DNA of 64,000 nt from contig CBDANS010000005.1 in NCBI GenBank assembly GCA_965197745.1, forward strand, positions 416,001 to 480,000. The letters are read 5' to 3'. The DNA comes from Opitutales bacterium (lineage in GTDB: Bacteria; Verrucomicrobiota; Verrucomicrobiia; Opitutales; PNEW01). The position numbers and the translations under genes are program-made. Shown one piece after another: positions 21,268 through 31,556 of this stretch. Within the stretch, counting starts at the first letter, position 1. Each line of letters starts with the position of its first letter. The notes under the pieces are model-generated. The model ran no database searches and was not told the origin of the DNA. It worked only from the letters and a program-made list of their open reading frames with translations.

Positions 21268-21370
21268 ACACCCGAACCCCGAACCCTGTCCCGAGTCCCG
21301 CGGCCACGGGACGACATCTTCCACCCTGACACCCGAACCCTGAACCGTGAACACTGAACGGTGACACCTA
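21268..21370. repeat. Heptamer-periodic array (ACCCTGA/ACCCCGA-like) interrupted by a hairpin insert
   Basis: cacccga accccga accctg[34 nt] accctga cacccga accctga accgtga acactga acggtga. Confidence 0.8.
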
Positions 21371-21422
21371 CAAGCTTGACTCCATTCTTCTTTGCAGTTC
21401 CATAGCAAAAAAGGTCTAATAA

Positions 21423-22685
21423 GTGAACCTCTCTGAACTGCAAGCTAAAGCTACACGACTGGAACGTGAGCTGCAGGAGACCCGCAATCTCCTGGCATTG
21501 ACCATCGACCCCGAGGCCGTCACTGCAGACCTCGCCCGCACTCGAGCCTATGCATTCGATTCCGTAAAGATGCCCGTTGAGGATGTGGTAGCGGGGTGTG
21601 CCGATTCACTCGATCGATACGGTTTCTGTGTCGTCGACCATGTGATACCATCCGACGAGGTGGACGCCATTCGCGAGGAAGTTATGGCGGCAGATGATAC
21701 TGCCAACCGCAATATTCAGGGCATTAAAGACCTGTTTAATCAAGAGGGGGCGAACGCCGAGGAATTACTTAGCGGCAAGGCCGCGGCAAACAACGTGGAG
21801 TTAAGGCGAGTGCGCAGGGTCGGGCATCCTCCCAAACCTCCCAACAACATTATCTGGATGCCCCAGTACGCCCGGCATCTCGCCAATCCGGTAATTACCG
21901 CTGTGGCACGCCACGTTCTCGATGACCATCTTCGAATCGCGTCGTTGCATAACCGTTGCATAAAAAGCGACGATGCATTTATCGAGAATAATGGAGCAGA
22001 CGAATTCAAGAAAATGCGAGGTTCGGATAAGCGCGGCTGGCACACAGACTGGCCCCACGACCTTTCAGCTTACGGCAATAAAGACCCCAATAATAATGTC
22101 GGTTGCATCCGCCAGCCCTGCCCCGACGTAACCATGTGCCTGGTGATGATCTGGTATCTAACCGATGTCGATGAAAATTCGGGGGGCACGTGGATCGTGC
22201 CGGGTTCGCATAAGGACAAGCGGAATCCACGGGGTCCGAACGATGGTATTTCGGTTACCGCGCCCATTCCCGGCGATATGCAAGTAACCGCGCCAGCGGG
22301 GTCTGTCTATATCCAGGATTCGCGTTGCTGGCACGCGACTGCCAGGCACAATCCAAGTGGTCGGGAGAGGGTTGCGGTGGTGAATCGCTGGTGCCCCTGG
22401 TGGTTCTCCGTCGACGACTTCGCCCCAGGAGACAAGTACAATGTCTACCACTTATGCCGTCCTCTTAACCATGCAGAGTATCTGGCCCTGCCCCCTGATC
22501 TGCAACCGTTGATGCGGCATCTCTGTCCCGATGAACGTGACACCTTGCAACAGCCGGTGCTCGATCGGGCTGAAGCAGCTCATGCACGCACGCTGTGGGG
22601 ATTTCAGCAAGAGGAGGAAAATCCAGAATCCATGCAACATATCAACGCGCATATCAAAGTGCCGGTGGTGCCTTTTAAGTGTTAG
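21423..22685 (+). CDS. Phytanoyl-CoA dioxygenase (PhyH)-family Fe/2OG dioxygenase
   Basis: WHTDWPHD (HxD), WYLTDVDENSGGTWIVPGSHK, DSRCWHA...N...R. Confidence 0.88.
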   Translation: MNLSELQAKATRLERELQETRNLLALTIDPEAVTADLARTRAYAFDSVKMPVEDVVAGCADSLDRYGFCVVDHVIPSDEVDAIREEVMAADDTANRNIQGIKDLFNQEGANAEELLSGKAAANNVELRRVRRVGHPPKPPNNIIWMPQYARHLANPVITAVARHVLDDHLRIASLHNRCIKSDDAFIENNGADEFKKMRGSDKRGWHTDWPHDLSAYGNKDPNNNVGCIRQPCPDVTMCLVMIWYLTDVDENSGGTWIVPGSHKDKRNPRGPNDGISVTAPIPGDMQVTAPAGSVYIQDSRCWHATARHNPSGRERVAVVNRWCPWWFSVDDFAPGDKYNVYHLCRPLNHAEYLALPPDLQPLMRHLCPDERDTLQQPVLDRAEAAHARTLWGFQQEEENPESMQHINAHIKVPVVPFKC

Positions 22686-22696
22686 CCGCCGTCGCA

Positions 22697-22733
22697 AGCT
22701 TCAGCCGTCGTCCCGCAGATGCGGGACTATAGC
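22697..22733. repeat. Dispersed copy of the hairpin core of the 177-bp repeat
   Basis: AGCTTCAGCCGTCGTCCC-loop-GGGACTATAGC is the reverse complement of the GCCATAGTCC...GGGACGACGGCTGAAGCT core in 19334-19739. Confidence 0.8.
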
Positions 22734-22889
22734 TGGTGGCTATCTCTTTTCTTTATCCCTGACAATTGACTTTCGACTTTAAGCCTTTGACGAAGACAGG
22801 TCAAAAGGGGTCTTATCAATTTTCGATTTGCGATTTTCGATTGCAGATTTGGGATTGATGCACCTTGGTCCCACTGGAAGGAAATATTA

Positions 22890-23951
22890 ATGAGAAAAAT
22901 TAAAGTCGGCGTGATTGGCGCGGGTGGTATCGTCCGTCGCTTGCATCTGCCCGATCTGGACCAAAACGACAACTTCGAAGTAGTTCTGATTAGTGGTCGT
23001 AAAAAGTCTCGGCTGAAACAACAGTGTGAAGTATTTGGGATTCCCAATTGGACGCAGGATTATGAGGCGGTTATCTCTGACGACTCGGTCGATGCTATTG
23101 TTGTAGGAACACCTCATCCACACCATGTTTCCTGGGGAATTAAGGCCATTAAATCTGGCAAGCATGTGTTGATGCAAAAGCCGCTGTGTGGTGACATGAA
23201 CGAGGCAAACGCTTTCATGGAAGCTGTTGAAAAGAGCCACCATACGGTGATGTGTCTACCTCATTTTAGCAGTCAGGTTTACAAAATTCGCCAGATGATT
23301 ACAGAAGGCGCAATCGGTAGAGTATCAGGCGCACGCTATAGAACCAGCCACGGGGGCCCAGAGATTTACTATGCTGAGATTCGCGATCTCTTCGGTGAAA
23401 CCGATGATGACCTGTGGTTCTTTGACGCTAAACGTGTCAGTGTCGGTGCACTATTTGACATGGGGGTTTATGCGATCTCCCATTTGGTGGCCATTTTAGG
23501 ATCGTTTGCTAAAGTTACTGGCTTCGTTACAACATTTGACAAACCCACAGATTTGGAGGATGTCGCTACCCTGGTTTTGCAAACCGAGACTGGAGCCATC
23601 ATTACGGCGGAAACCAGTTGGTGTGATCCTGCCCGTACTGGAGAAGGTAGTATCCATGGAACAGCAGGAAAGTTCACCATTCCGGGGCGAGATGGTGCCG
23701 CAGTCAGTCTGCATACACCGACCTCCTATACCAGAGAACACGCGCCAGTTGACGTTCAGCCGGTGAATTGTGAAGATGCCAATCCGGGTAATATGCACCA
23801 GCATTTTGCCGATCACATTCGAGCGGGTACCCAACCGCCACTTTCCAATGCGCAAGCCGCTCGCCATGTGACAGAAATCATGTTAGCTGGTATGGAATCC
23901 TCTCTTCTGGGCCAAGCGATCAATTTGAAAACGCGAGTAGATAACGAATAA
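22890..23951 (+). CDS. Gfo/Idh/MocA-family oxidoreductase
   Basis: VGVIGAGGI Rossmann motif, GTPHPHH, GKHVLMQKP, GALFDMGVY. Confidence 0.93.
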   Translation: MRKIKVGVIGAGGIVRRLHLPDLDQNDNFEVVLISGRKKSRLKQQCEVFGIPNWTQDYEAVISDDSVDAIVVGTPHPHHVSWGIKAIKSGKHVLMQKPLCGDMNEANAFMEAVEKSHHTVMCLPHFSSQVYKIRQMITEGAIGRVSGARYRTSHGGPEIYYAEIRDLFGETDDDLWFFDAKRVSVGALFDMGVYAISHLVAILGSFAKVTGFVTTFDKPTDLEDVATLVLQTETGAIITAETSWCDPARTGEGSIHGTAGKFTIPGRDGAAVSLHTPTSYTREHAPVDVQPVNCEDANPGNMHQHFADHIRAGTQPPLSNAQAARHVTEIMLAGMESSLLGQAINLKTRVDNE

Positions 23952-24106
23952 TGAATTTTCCGAAAATTAAGCGGAGACAGCTACGGTCTCATAATTGAGG
24001 AGTAAACGCACCTCATTTAGGTAAAACCCAGGATATACATATGTTATCATTAGGATGCTTATTTATAACATTATGGTTTCAAATAGAAATTTAGATACTG
24101 ACCCTT

Positions 24107-24197
24107 CGTAGCCAGAACGAGGCCAAGATCGGAAAGGAATCTGACAAACTCTTGTCGGCTTCAACGGTAGTGTGTCTCTACCGACCTAAAAGCGACT
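24107..24197 (-). mobile_element. Short IS3 remnant
   Basis: Aligns by eye to 39325-39396 (CGTAGCC.GAACG.GGCCAAGATC.GAAAGGAAT.TGACAAACTCTTGT.GGCTT), the 3' end of the second IS3 orfB. Confidence 0.8.
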
Positions 24198-24303
24198 TCA
24201 TATTTGATCGACATTCACGGGGTCTTGTGCCGTGGTTTATAGAGAGATGATAGTCAGCTAGCCGACTCGGGTTTTTGAAAAATTTAGACAAAGGAAGAGA
24301 TCA

Positions 24304-24714
24304 ATGAAGGATGCCGTGATTGTGTCTCAACCCGACGGCTTTACCGAGGTCTACGGCATGCATGGAGGAACTGGCCTGATCCATTGGAAGCGGATGGTGG
24401 TCGGTGAACATCTTTTTGGAGGCTGGCAGTCAGTGGATTTCAATCGTTTCGAGCCAGGCGCCGCGTCGGCCGACCACATCCAGTCGCGCACCGAGGAGAT
24501 CTGGTTTGTGGCCTCCGGACAGGGTGAGGCTTCCATTGACGGCGATCAGGTTCGAGAGATGAAGACCGGCGATCTACTCATCACCCCACAAGATGGCCGA
24601 CACGGAATGAAGAACGTCGGCGACGGCCATCTGGAAGTGTTGGTCATCGAGGTATTCCCTCCGTCCGTTGCCGGGGTTCTTCCCGCTCAAAAACCCACCG
24701 AAGTCGAGGGTTGA
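24304..24714 (+). CDS. Cupin-domain protein
   Basis: H...TEEIWFVASGQG and GDLLITP...HGMKN cupin motifs; RBS-like AAGGAAG upstream. Confidence 0.88.
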   Translation: MKDAVIVSQPDGFTEVYGMHGGTGLIHWKRMVVGEHLFGGWQSVDFNRFEPGAASADHIQSRTEEIWFVASGQGEASIDGDQVREMKTGDLLITPQDGRHGMKNVGDGHLEVLVIEVFPPSVAGVLPAQKPTEVEG

Positions 24715-24716
24715 CC

Positions 24717-25028
24717 ATGGCTGCCAAGGCGAAATGCACCCTAATTCATCTGAGTCAGGAGAGATCGATTGATCCCAAACAGTATTTCACCGGGGCGTGG
24801 CGTTCGATTCGCCTTGAGAGCCTTGAGCCCGGCCAGAGGTTGGAACGGACGATGGAGGGGGTTGAAGAGTCATATTTCGTGCAATCGGGATCCGGTAGTG
24901 CAGTTGTAGGCGACCGAGAATTCAATTTGTCCCATGCGACGACCCTGACTTTTCCCCGTGATTCATCGTTCAGGTTGGAAGCTGGAAAGGAAGGCCTGGA
25001 GCTTTTCGTAGTCACGCTGGAAGTGTGA
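24717..25028 (+). CDS. Degenerate cupin-fold protein
   Basis: EESYFVQSGSG cupin motif 1 without the metal-binding His residues; coupled to the upstream cupin. Confidence 0.7.
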   Translation: MAAKAKCTLIHLSQERSIDPKQYFTGAWRSIRLESLEPGQRLERTMEGVEESYFVQSGSGSAVVGDREFNLSHATTLTFPRDSSFRLEAGKEGLELFVVTLEV

Positions 25029-25339
25029 CGGTTTGCTGTTTTCTGGACCGATCCGGAATTCTGCCGAGGCAGTTTTTCATTAAGGTTATCTGTTTCTCCC
25101 GATACCTCTTCTTTTTAAATAAAACGATTTTTAGCACTTCACTTTGGAATATATTCAATGAGTAACGACTGCGGGAATTGACAATGCATAACAATACACT
25201 GGAGCTGATTGGGCCATGTCAATCAGTCCAGTTTTCCGTTATTCTAAGAAATATCTTCTTGCAAAATCATCCGGGCGAGCGGATGAAGTTGTCACACCTG
25301 CTACCTGGGCAAAAGAATAACATGGAATAAGGAGATACG

Positions 25340-25774
25340 ATGAACGATAAGACCGTTGGTGGTGTTCACTGGAGTTTCTGGACAATCGGTGCTGTCGCGC
25401 TGATCTGGAATGTTATGGGCGTCATGAATTTATTGATGCAAATGAATGCAGACGCACTCGCTGCAATGCCAGAGGCACAGCGCGCGATAATTGAAGGGCG
25501 ACCGGCATGGGCCACCGGAGCATTTGCAATAGCTGTTTTCGGCGGTGCGCTTGGCAGCTTTCTGCTTCTGCTCAGGAAGTCGGCCGCGTTCTATTTGTTT
25601 ATCGCGTCACTCCTTGGCATGATTGTGCACATGATTCCTTACCTCGGCATGGCCGGTTCGACTGTTGACTTCGGTCCCTTCGAGATCTCGATGTATATTC
25701 TGCTGCCATTGGTGGTGGCAGCGTTTTTGATCTGGTATGCAAAGTGGGCCAAGAACAAGCGTTGGATCAACTAG
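25340..25774 (+). CDS. Small 4-TM membrane protein of unknown function
   Basis: AAGGAG RBS; four hydrophobic segments; ALIWN..G and PAWAT.AFAIAVFGG motifs. Confidence 0.85.
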   Translation: MNDKTVGGVHWSFWTIGAVALIWNVMGVMNLLMQMNADALAAMPEAQRAIIEGRPAWATGAFAIAVFGGALGSFLLLLRKSAAFYLFIASLLGMIVHMIPYLGMAGSTVDFGPFEISMYILLPLVVAAFLIWYAKWAKNKRWIN

Positions 25775-25983
25775 GAACAATGGATAAATAAATAAAGATC
25801 GCTCTCAAATCCTGCATCCTGTAGCCCGCATCCTGCCTGTCGCTAAGTCACTTCGTAATTTGCGTATCACGCAAATATTGAACGTGAAACAGAGAACTCA
25901 GTCGTTCACCCTTGCAACGCATAATTAATCTGGCTCACCAAGCTTTACCCGTAGAGAATGGTAGGATTGTACCATTAAGACCA

Positions 25984-26135
25984 TCTTCGCACTGCGAGTT
26001 TCAGCCGTCGTCCCATAGGGGTGAAAATGAAGTTGATCAGTCACAACAGCCCGTAGCCCTTCAGATTTAGACGAAGAGGCAGACGAAGACGAAGACGAAG
26101 CTTCACTATCCTGAATCCTGAATCCTGCATCCTGA
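25984..26135. repeat. Cluster of repeat fragments: 177-bp-family hairpin core, GACGAA hexamers, TCCTGAA heptamers
   Basis: TCTTCGCACTGCGAGTTTCAGCCGTCGTCCC at 25984-26014; GACGAAGAGGCAGACGAAGACGAAGACGAAG at 26070-26100; TCCTGAA repeats from about 26109. Confidence 0.75.
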
Positions 26136-26202
26136 ACTACTTATCGCTAGACAATCGGGATAATTCTATCTAGACCGATAAGGTTTTTTTAATTTACGAC
26201 GG

Positions 26203-27069
26203 ATGATGGTTTATATCAACGGGGAGTATGTAAATTCAGAGGATGCGAAAATTTCGGTTTTCGATCACGGATTGCTGTACGGAGATGGCGTCTTCGAAGG
26301 GATCCGTCTTTACGGGGGTTGTGTCTTTAAATTGGACGAGCATATAGAGCGCCTGGAAATGTCCGCCAAGGCGCTCATGTTGAATATCCCTCTATCGCAT
26401 GGTGAAATGTCAGAGGCGGTGTGTGAGACCTGTCGGAAAAACGATCTTAAGGATGGTTATGTCCGACTGGTGGTGACGCGCGGGGTTGGCGATTTGGGCT
26501 TATCACCCAAGTTGTGCAAAACTCCGCAGATTATAATAATTGCCGACAAAATACAGCTTTACCCGAATTCCTACTATGAGGAGGGGATGAAATTGATCAC
26601 GGTCGCGACGTGGCGTAATAATCCGGCCGCGCTCCCCCCGATGATTAAATCGCTTAATTATCTTAATAATATCATGGCTAAAATGGATGCCCAGAACGCG
26701 GGATTCGTTGAAGCGTTGATGTTAAATGACCGAGGTTGCGTGGCGGAATGCACGGGTGACAATGTTTTCATTATACGCAAAGGGGAAATCTTCACCACCC
26801 CTAATTCTTCCGGTATCCTTAAGGGGATCACGCGAGAAGTGGCGGTCACCATAGCTGCGGATATGGGGATTCCACTCAAGGAAGCGGAACTGACCCGTTA
26901 TGATCTATGGAACGCGGAGGAATGCTTTCTTACGGGGACGGCAGCTGAGATTGTTCCCGTAACCGAAATTGACGGCCGCGTTATCGGCGAGGGAAAGCCG
27001 GGGGATACCACGTTGCGCTTTATGGAGGCCTTCAGGAAAAAAGTGACTGTTGAGGGAACACTGCTTTAA
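26203..27069 (+). CDS. ilvE: Branched-chain amino acid aminotransferase
   Basis: SVFDHGLLYGDGVFEGIR, KSLNYLNN, ILKGITR, EECFLTGTAAE. Confidence 0.95.
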   Translation: MMVYINGEYVNSEDAKISVFDHGLLYGDGVFEGIRLYGGCVFKLDEHIERLEMSAKALMLNIPLSHGEMSEAVCETCRKNDLKDGYVRLVVTRGVGDLGLSPKLCKTPQIIIIADKIQLYPNSYYEEGMKLITVATWRNNPAALPPMIKSLNYLNNIMAKMDAQNAGFVEALMLNDRGCVAECTGDNVFIIRKGEIFTTPNSSGILKGITREVAVTIAADMGIPLKEAELTRYDLWNAEECFLTGTAAEIVPVTEIDGRVIGEGKPGDTTLRFMEAFRKKVTVEGTLL

Positions 27070-27145
27070 ATTTCACCTCTTCTGCCGACTTATTAATAGA
27101 TGTCCCTGCCAGTAGGGATTTCCTATTTCTGGCAATTTCAAAAGA

Positions 27146-27160
27146 TGGCATGTTTTATGC
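27146..27160 (+). promoter_or_regulatory. Candidate sigma54 -24/-12 promoter upstream of mcsA
   Basis: TGGCATGTTTTATGC has GG-N10-GC spacing, about 110 nt upstream of the ATG. Confidence 0.35.
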
Positions 27161-27267
27161 GGTAGTATATATATATTAAATGGATATAAAACGCAAAAAT
27201 CATGTCTCAGGCAAAAGAAGGATTATTTGTGCTTCTAAAATAAGCGGCAAATGATATAATTACGACA

Positions 27268-27777
27268 ATGGGTAAACCAACCGAATGTAAATATTGCGAT
27301 AAAGAAGCCACGATTCACCTTACCCAGATCGTTGATAATAAGATCCACAAGGTGGATATCTGTGAGGATTGCGCATTAGCTAAAAAAATGACCGATCCGA
27401 GTAATTTTTCGCTGACTAACTTACTCGACACTATAGGCGGTGATAGCCAGGACGATGCCGAAAATGCCATCGTTTGCGAGAGCTGTGGTATATCCACAAC
27501 CGATTTTAAAAAGCTCGGCAGGTTTGGTTGTCCCGATTGTTATGAAAACTTTAAGGAATTAATAGAACCCATGCTGCAAGACATGCACAAATCTCTAGAG
27601 CATCGAGGTAAAGTGCCGCAACTATCGGCAGAACGCTTAGCATGGCGCAATCGAGTCCAGCTTTTAGAAAAGAATTTGCAGGAAGCGATTGATGCTGAAC
27701 GGTATGAGGATGCCGCGCAGTGCCGTGACGAAATTGTGCAACTGAAAAATGAGAAGAAAAGCCATTTGCAAAGTTGA
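27268..27777 (+). CDS. mcsA: McsA-like protein-arginine kinase activator (CxxC motifs plus UvrB/C motif)
   Basis: Four CxxC motifs, GRFGCPDCYENF, AERYEDAAQCRDEI. Confidence 0.92.
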   Translation: MGKPTECKYCDKEATIHLTQIVDNKIHKVDICEDCALAKKMTDPSNFSLTNLLDTIGGDSQDDAENAIVCESCGISTTDFKKLGRFGCPDCYENFKELIEPMLQDMHKSLEHRGKVPQLSAERLAWRNRVQLLEKNLQEAIDAERYEDAAQCRDEIVQLKNEKKSHLQS

Positions 27778-28868
27778 AAATGTTAATTAGTCCCCTAATG
27801 GAAGCGAAGGCGGAGTTGACTGACAACACCGATTTAATTTGCCCCGTGGTATTGAGCACACGGGTCAGGCTTGCTCGTAATATTACGGATATTCCCTTTC
27901 CCGGATGGGCCAAAGAGGCACAAAGGCGAGAAGTTTTGTCCGCTTGCATGGGGGTGATCGCGAAATTGCCTCAAATGAAAAAAGGAAGTCAATTTTCTGT
28001 CGATGACCTGAGCGATCTGGAAAAACAGATATTGATGGAACGTCACTTAATCAGCCGTGAATTGATCAATGCGAAAAAGGGAAGCGGCTTGGTGATCAGC
28101 GAGGATCAATCGTGTGCGGTGATGGTTAACGAAGAAGATCATTTGCGCATTCAGCATTTACGCAGCGGTTTTCGTTTCAAGGAAGCATGGAAAACAATTA
28201 ACGAAATAGACAGTGCTCTTGAAAAAGAAATCGACTACGCATTTTCTTTGGATTTGGGATATTTAACAGCATGCCCCACAAATGTAGGAACCGGTATGCG
28301 CGCCTCGGCGATGATGCATTTACCCGCATTGGTCATCGCCAGTCAAATGGAAAAAGTTATTCGCGCGGTCAATCAACTGGGAATTGCGGTACGCGGTGTG
28401 TTCGGCGAAGGCTCGGATGCCAGCGGGAGCATCTTTCAAATTTCAAATCAGCAAACGCTTGGTGAAAGTGAAGAGGATATTATTAAACGATTAGTAAATG
28501 TTCTTAATTCGGTAATCGAACAGGAAAATAATGCACGGAATAAACTTTTAGAAAAAGATCCGATAAAACTTGTTGATAAAATGAGTCGCGCCTATGGCGT
28601 TTTAAAAAACAGCCATCTACTGAGTTCAGCGGAAGCGATGAATTTACTTTCGCTGTTGCGACTGGCTATCGATTTGAAAGTGCTGCCTGAAGATAATCGT
28701 GGGCAAATTGATCGATTATTTATTGAAAGCCGCCCCGGTCATATTCAATACGCAGCTGAAGATGAAATCGATCCCAATCAACGTGACGAATATCGCGCGA
28801 AATACATAAGAGCGCAATTCACCGAATTGAAGTCACTTAACTTTGACAAATTGGTTAATAATTCCTAA
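27774..28868 (+). CDS. mcsB: Protein arginine kinase
   Basis: STRVRLARN, MVNEEDHLRIQ, GYLTACPTNVGTGMRAS, QISNQQTLG. Confidence 0.95.
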   Translation: MKMLISPLMEAKAELTDNTDLICPVVLSTRVRLARNITDIPFPGWAKEAQRREVLSACMGVIAKLPQMKKGSQFSVDDLSDLEKQILMERHLISRELINAKKGSGLVISEDQSCAVMVNEEDHLRIQHLRSGFRFKEAWKTINEIDSALEKEIDYAFSLDLGYLTACPTNVGTGMRASAMMHLPALVIASQMEKVIRAVNQLGIAVRGVFGEGSDASGSIFQISNQQTLGESEEDIIKRLVNVLNSVIEQENNARNKLLEKDPIKLVDKMSRAYGVLKNSHLLSSAEAMNLLSLLRLAIDLKVLPEDNRGQIDRLFIESRPGHIQYAAEDEIDPNQRDEYRAKYIRAQFTELKSLNFDKLVNNS

Positions 28869-28893
28869 TCTATAAACAAATCGATAAATCACT

Positions 28894-31380
28894 ATGGAAC
28901 CCATGAACAATTTTACCCCGCGTGCACAACAGGTATTGGCCTTGGCACGGAAAGAAGCTGACCGGTTCCACCACAATTATGTTGGAACCGAACACCTCCT
29001 GCTTGGGTTGATAAACTTAGGGCAGGGAGTTGCCGTTAATGTCTTGCAGAAAATGGGTCTTGATCTGGAGACCGTGCGCACCGCCGTAGAAAAACAGGTG
29101 GGCACAGGTCCGGAGTCGAAACCATCTGGCAATATACCGTACACCCCCCGCGTGAAAAAAGTTTTAGCCCTTGCGGGTAAGGAAGCAAAGGCACTCAATC
29201 ATAGTTATGTGGGGACCGAACATATTCTTCTCGGTCTTCTCCGCGAAGGTGATGGTGTAGCAGCGCGCGTATTAAAAACGCTCGATGTCGACATAGAACG
29301 CTGCCGCAATGAAATTCTAAGTGAGCTGGACCCCAACTTTTCAGGCGAACAGGATGAACCTGTTACTTCGTCCACGGGAGCCTCGGGTGACGAGAAAAAG
29401 GATGTTAAGACACCCGCACTTAAAGCCTTTGGGCGTGATCTCACCGAATTGGCACACAATAATGAACTCGATCCTGTTATCGGGCGCAAAGAAGAAATTC
29501 GTCGTGTCATCCAGGTGCTTTGTCGTCGCACAAAAAACAATCCTGTTCTTATCGGAGAAGCGGGAGTGGGGAAGACGGCTATCGTCGAAGGCCTGGCCCA
29601 GGAAATTGCTTCCGGCATCGTCCCGGAACTCCTCGTCGATCGACGCGTGATAACCCTTGATCTTGCCCTGATGGTCGCGGGCACAAAATACCGCGGTCAA
29701 TTTGAGGAGCGCATAAAAGCGGTGATGGATGAAATACGCCGCGCCAAAAACATTATTATATTTATCGATGAATTGCATACTATTGTCGGTGCGGGAGCTG
29801 CCGAGGGGGCAATGGATGCCTCAAATATATTTAAGCCGGCGCTTTCCCGTGGCGAACTGCAGTGTATCGGGGCAACCACTTTATCCGAATATCGCAAGTA
29901 CATTGAAAAAGACAGTGCCCTTGACCGTCGTTTTCAAAGTGTGATGGTGGAGGCGCCATCAGTTGATGAAACAATCCAGATTCTCAATGGATTGAGGTCG
30001 AGGTACGAGGAGCACCATAAAGTTGTCTACACGGAAAAAGCTATCGTGTCATCGGCAAAACTATCGGATCGGTATATCACCGGGCGTTATCTCCCTGATA
30101 AAGCTATCGATGTTCTAGACGAATCGGGAGCGCGAGCGCGTATAGATTCATTGAACAGACCACCGGAGGTGGAAGAATTAGCGAAAAAAATCGACGAGAT
30201 CTGTGCGAAGAAAGAGGACTCCATAAGCAAGCAGCATTTTGAAGAAGCGGCCAAGTACCGTGACAATGAAAAACAGCTTCGGGCCGAACGCGATCAGTTG
30301 ATTGAAAACTGGAAAAAGACCCGTGAGGAGACAACGATCACCGTCGACGAAGACGATATGCTTCAGGTCGTGTCGGGCTGGACCGGGATACCTTTGAGCC
30401 GCATGGAAGAAAAAGAAACGGAAAAGCTTCTCAAACTCGAACAGGAGTTGCAGGAAGATGTTATCGGGCAGGATTCAGCGACCGAAGTGATCGCCAAAGC
30501 GCTGCGCCGTTCACGGGCGGACTTGAAAGATCCACGCCGTCCCATCGGCTCCTTTATGTTCCTGGGACCGACGGGGGTGGGGAAAACCCATTTGGCGAAA
30601 ATATTAGCTGAGAAGATGTTTGGCGACCAGGACTCGATTGTGCAGATCGATATGTCCGAGTACATGGAAAAATTTTCCGTCTCAAGACTTATAGGTTCAC
30701 CTCCAGGTTATGTTGGGTATGAAGAGGGCGGTCAGTTGACTGAAACCGTCCGCCGTAAACCTTATTCTGTCGTTCTCTTTGACGAGATCGAAAAGGCTCA
30801 TCCCGATGTTGTTCAACTTCTCCTGCAGGTATTTGAGGACGGGAGATTGACTGACAGCCTGGGCCGATCTGTAGATTTTCGCAATACGATCATCATCATG
30901 ACCTCAAATGTTGGCGCACAGCAGATCCAGAAAGGGAGTTCGCTCGGCTTTGGCGTGGATGATAAAAGTGGAAAAAGTGACTACGAAAAAATCAAGGACA
31001 AGATCCTTGAGGAGTCCAAGCGCATTTTTAAGCCGGAATTTCTCAATCGGATAAATGACATGGTGATTTTCAGAAACCTGAACCGCGACGATCTGATGAA
31101 GATTACCGATCTCGAGTTGGTGAAAGTGGCCAGGCGATTGAGTGAACATGACATAGTGCTTGAGGTAAGCCAGGAGGCCAAAGATTTTCTGATCGATAAT
31201 GGCTATGATGAGAAATACGGAGCGCGTCCCTTGCGCCGTGCGGTAGAACGTCATCTTGAAGACCCCTTGGCGGAAAGTATCTTAAAGGGTGACCTCAAGA
31301 AAAACAAACCGATCAAGGTTATCGTGGAAGATGATCATTTAGATTTCACGCAGGACCAGCCTATTTCCAGCGTGTCCTGA
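28894..31380 (+). CDS. clpC: ATP-dependent Clp protease ATP-binding subunit ClpC
   Basis: Clp-N repeats, two AAA+ modules ([16 protein letters not shown]), [16 protein letters not shown] ClpP-binding loop. Confidence 0.96.
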   Translation: MEPMNNFTPRAQQVLALARKEADRFHHNYVGTEHLLLGLINLGQGVAVNVLQKMGLDLETVRTAVEKQVGTGPESKPSGNIPYTPRVKKVLALAGKEAKALNHSYVGTEHILLGLLREGDGVAARVLKTLDVDIERCRNEILSELDPNFSGEQDEPVTSSTGASGDEKKDVKTPALKAFGRDLTELAHNNELDPVIGRKEEIRRVIQVLCRRTKNNPVLIGEAGVGKTAIVEGLAQEIASGIVPELLVDRRVITLDLALMVAGTKYRGQFEERIKAVMDEIRRAKNIIIFIDELHTIVGAGAAEGAMDASNIFKPALSRGELQCIGATTLSEYRKYIEKDSALDRRFQSVMVEAPSVDETIQILNGLRSRYEEHHKVVYTEKAIVSSAKLSDRYITGRYLPDKAIDVLDESGARARIDSLNRPPEVEELAKKIDEICAKKEDSISKQHFEEAAKYRDNEKQLRAERDQLIENWKKTREETTITVDEDDMLQVVSGWTGIPLSRMEEKETEKLLKLEQELQEDVIGQDSATEVIAKALRRSRADLKDPRRPIGSFMFLGPTGVGKTHLAKILAEKMFGDQDSIVQIDMSEYMEKFSVSRLIGSPPGYVGYEEGGQLTETVRRKPYSVVLFDEIEKAHPDVVQLLLQVFEDGRLTDSLGRSVDFRNTIIIMTSNVGAQQIQKGSSLGFGVDDKSGKSDYEKIKDKILEESKRIFKPEFLNRINDMVIFRNLNRDDLMKITDLELVKVARRLSEHDIVLEVSQEAKDFLIDNGYDEKYGARPLRRAVERHLEDPLAESILKGDLKKNKPIKVIVEDDHLDFTQDQPISSVS

Positions 31381-31403
31381 TATAACGCTTACTTTTATAT
31401 TCT

Positions 31404-31440
31404 TTAACCGCGCTTTACATCTGAAGCGCGGTTAATTTTT
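31404..31440 (+). terminator. Intrinsic terminator after clpC
   Basis: TTAACCGCGCTT-loop-AAGCGCGGTTAA followed by a T run. Confidence 0.85.
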
Positions 31441-31556
31441 GGGGATGAGGACAGTTATATTCCCGTTAGAGAATCAATATAATTTAAGAATGAGGGATTT
31501 ATGGCAATGGGGAACAAAAATCATAAGCCGCTTTCAACGGGTAGATTAACTTATAA

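Noticed and set aside
21184..21408. N-terminal extension of the IS110 ORF in the ORF track
   Set aside because: It is a translation of heptamer repeats and the element's non-coding end
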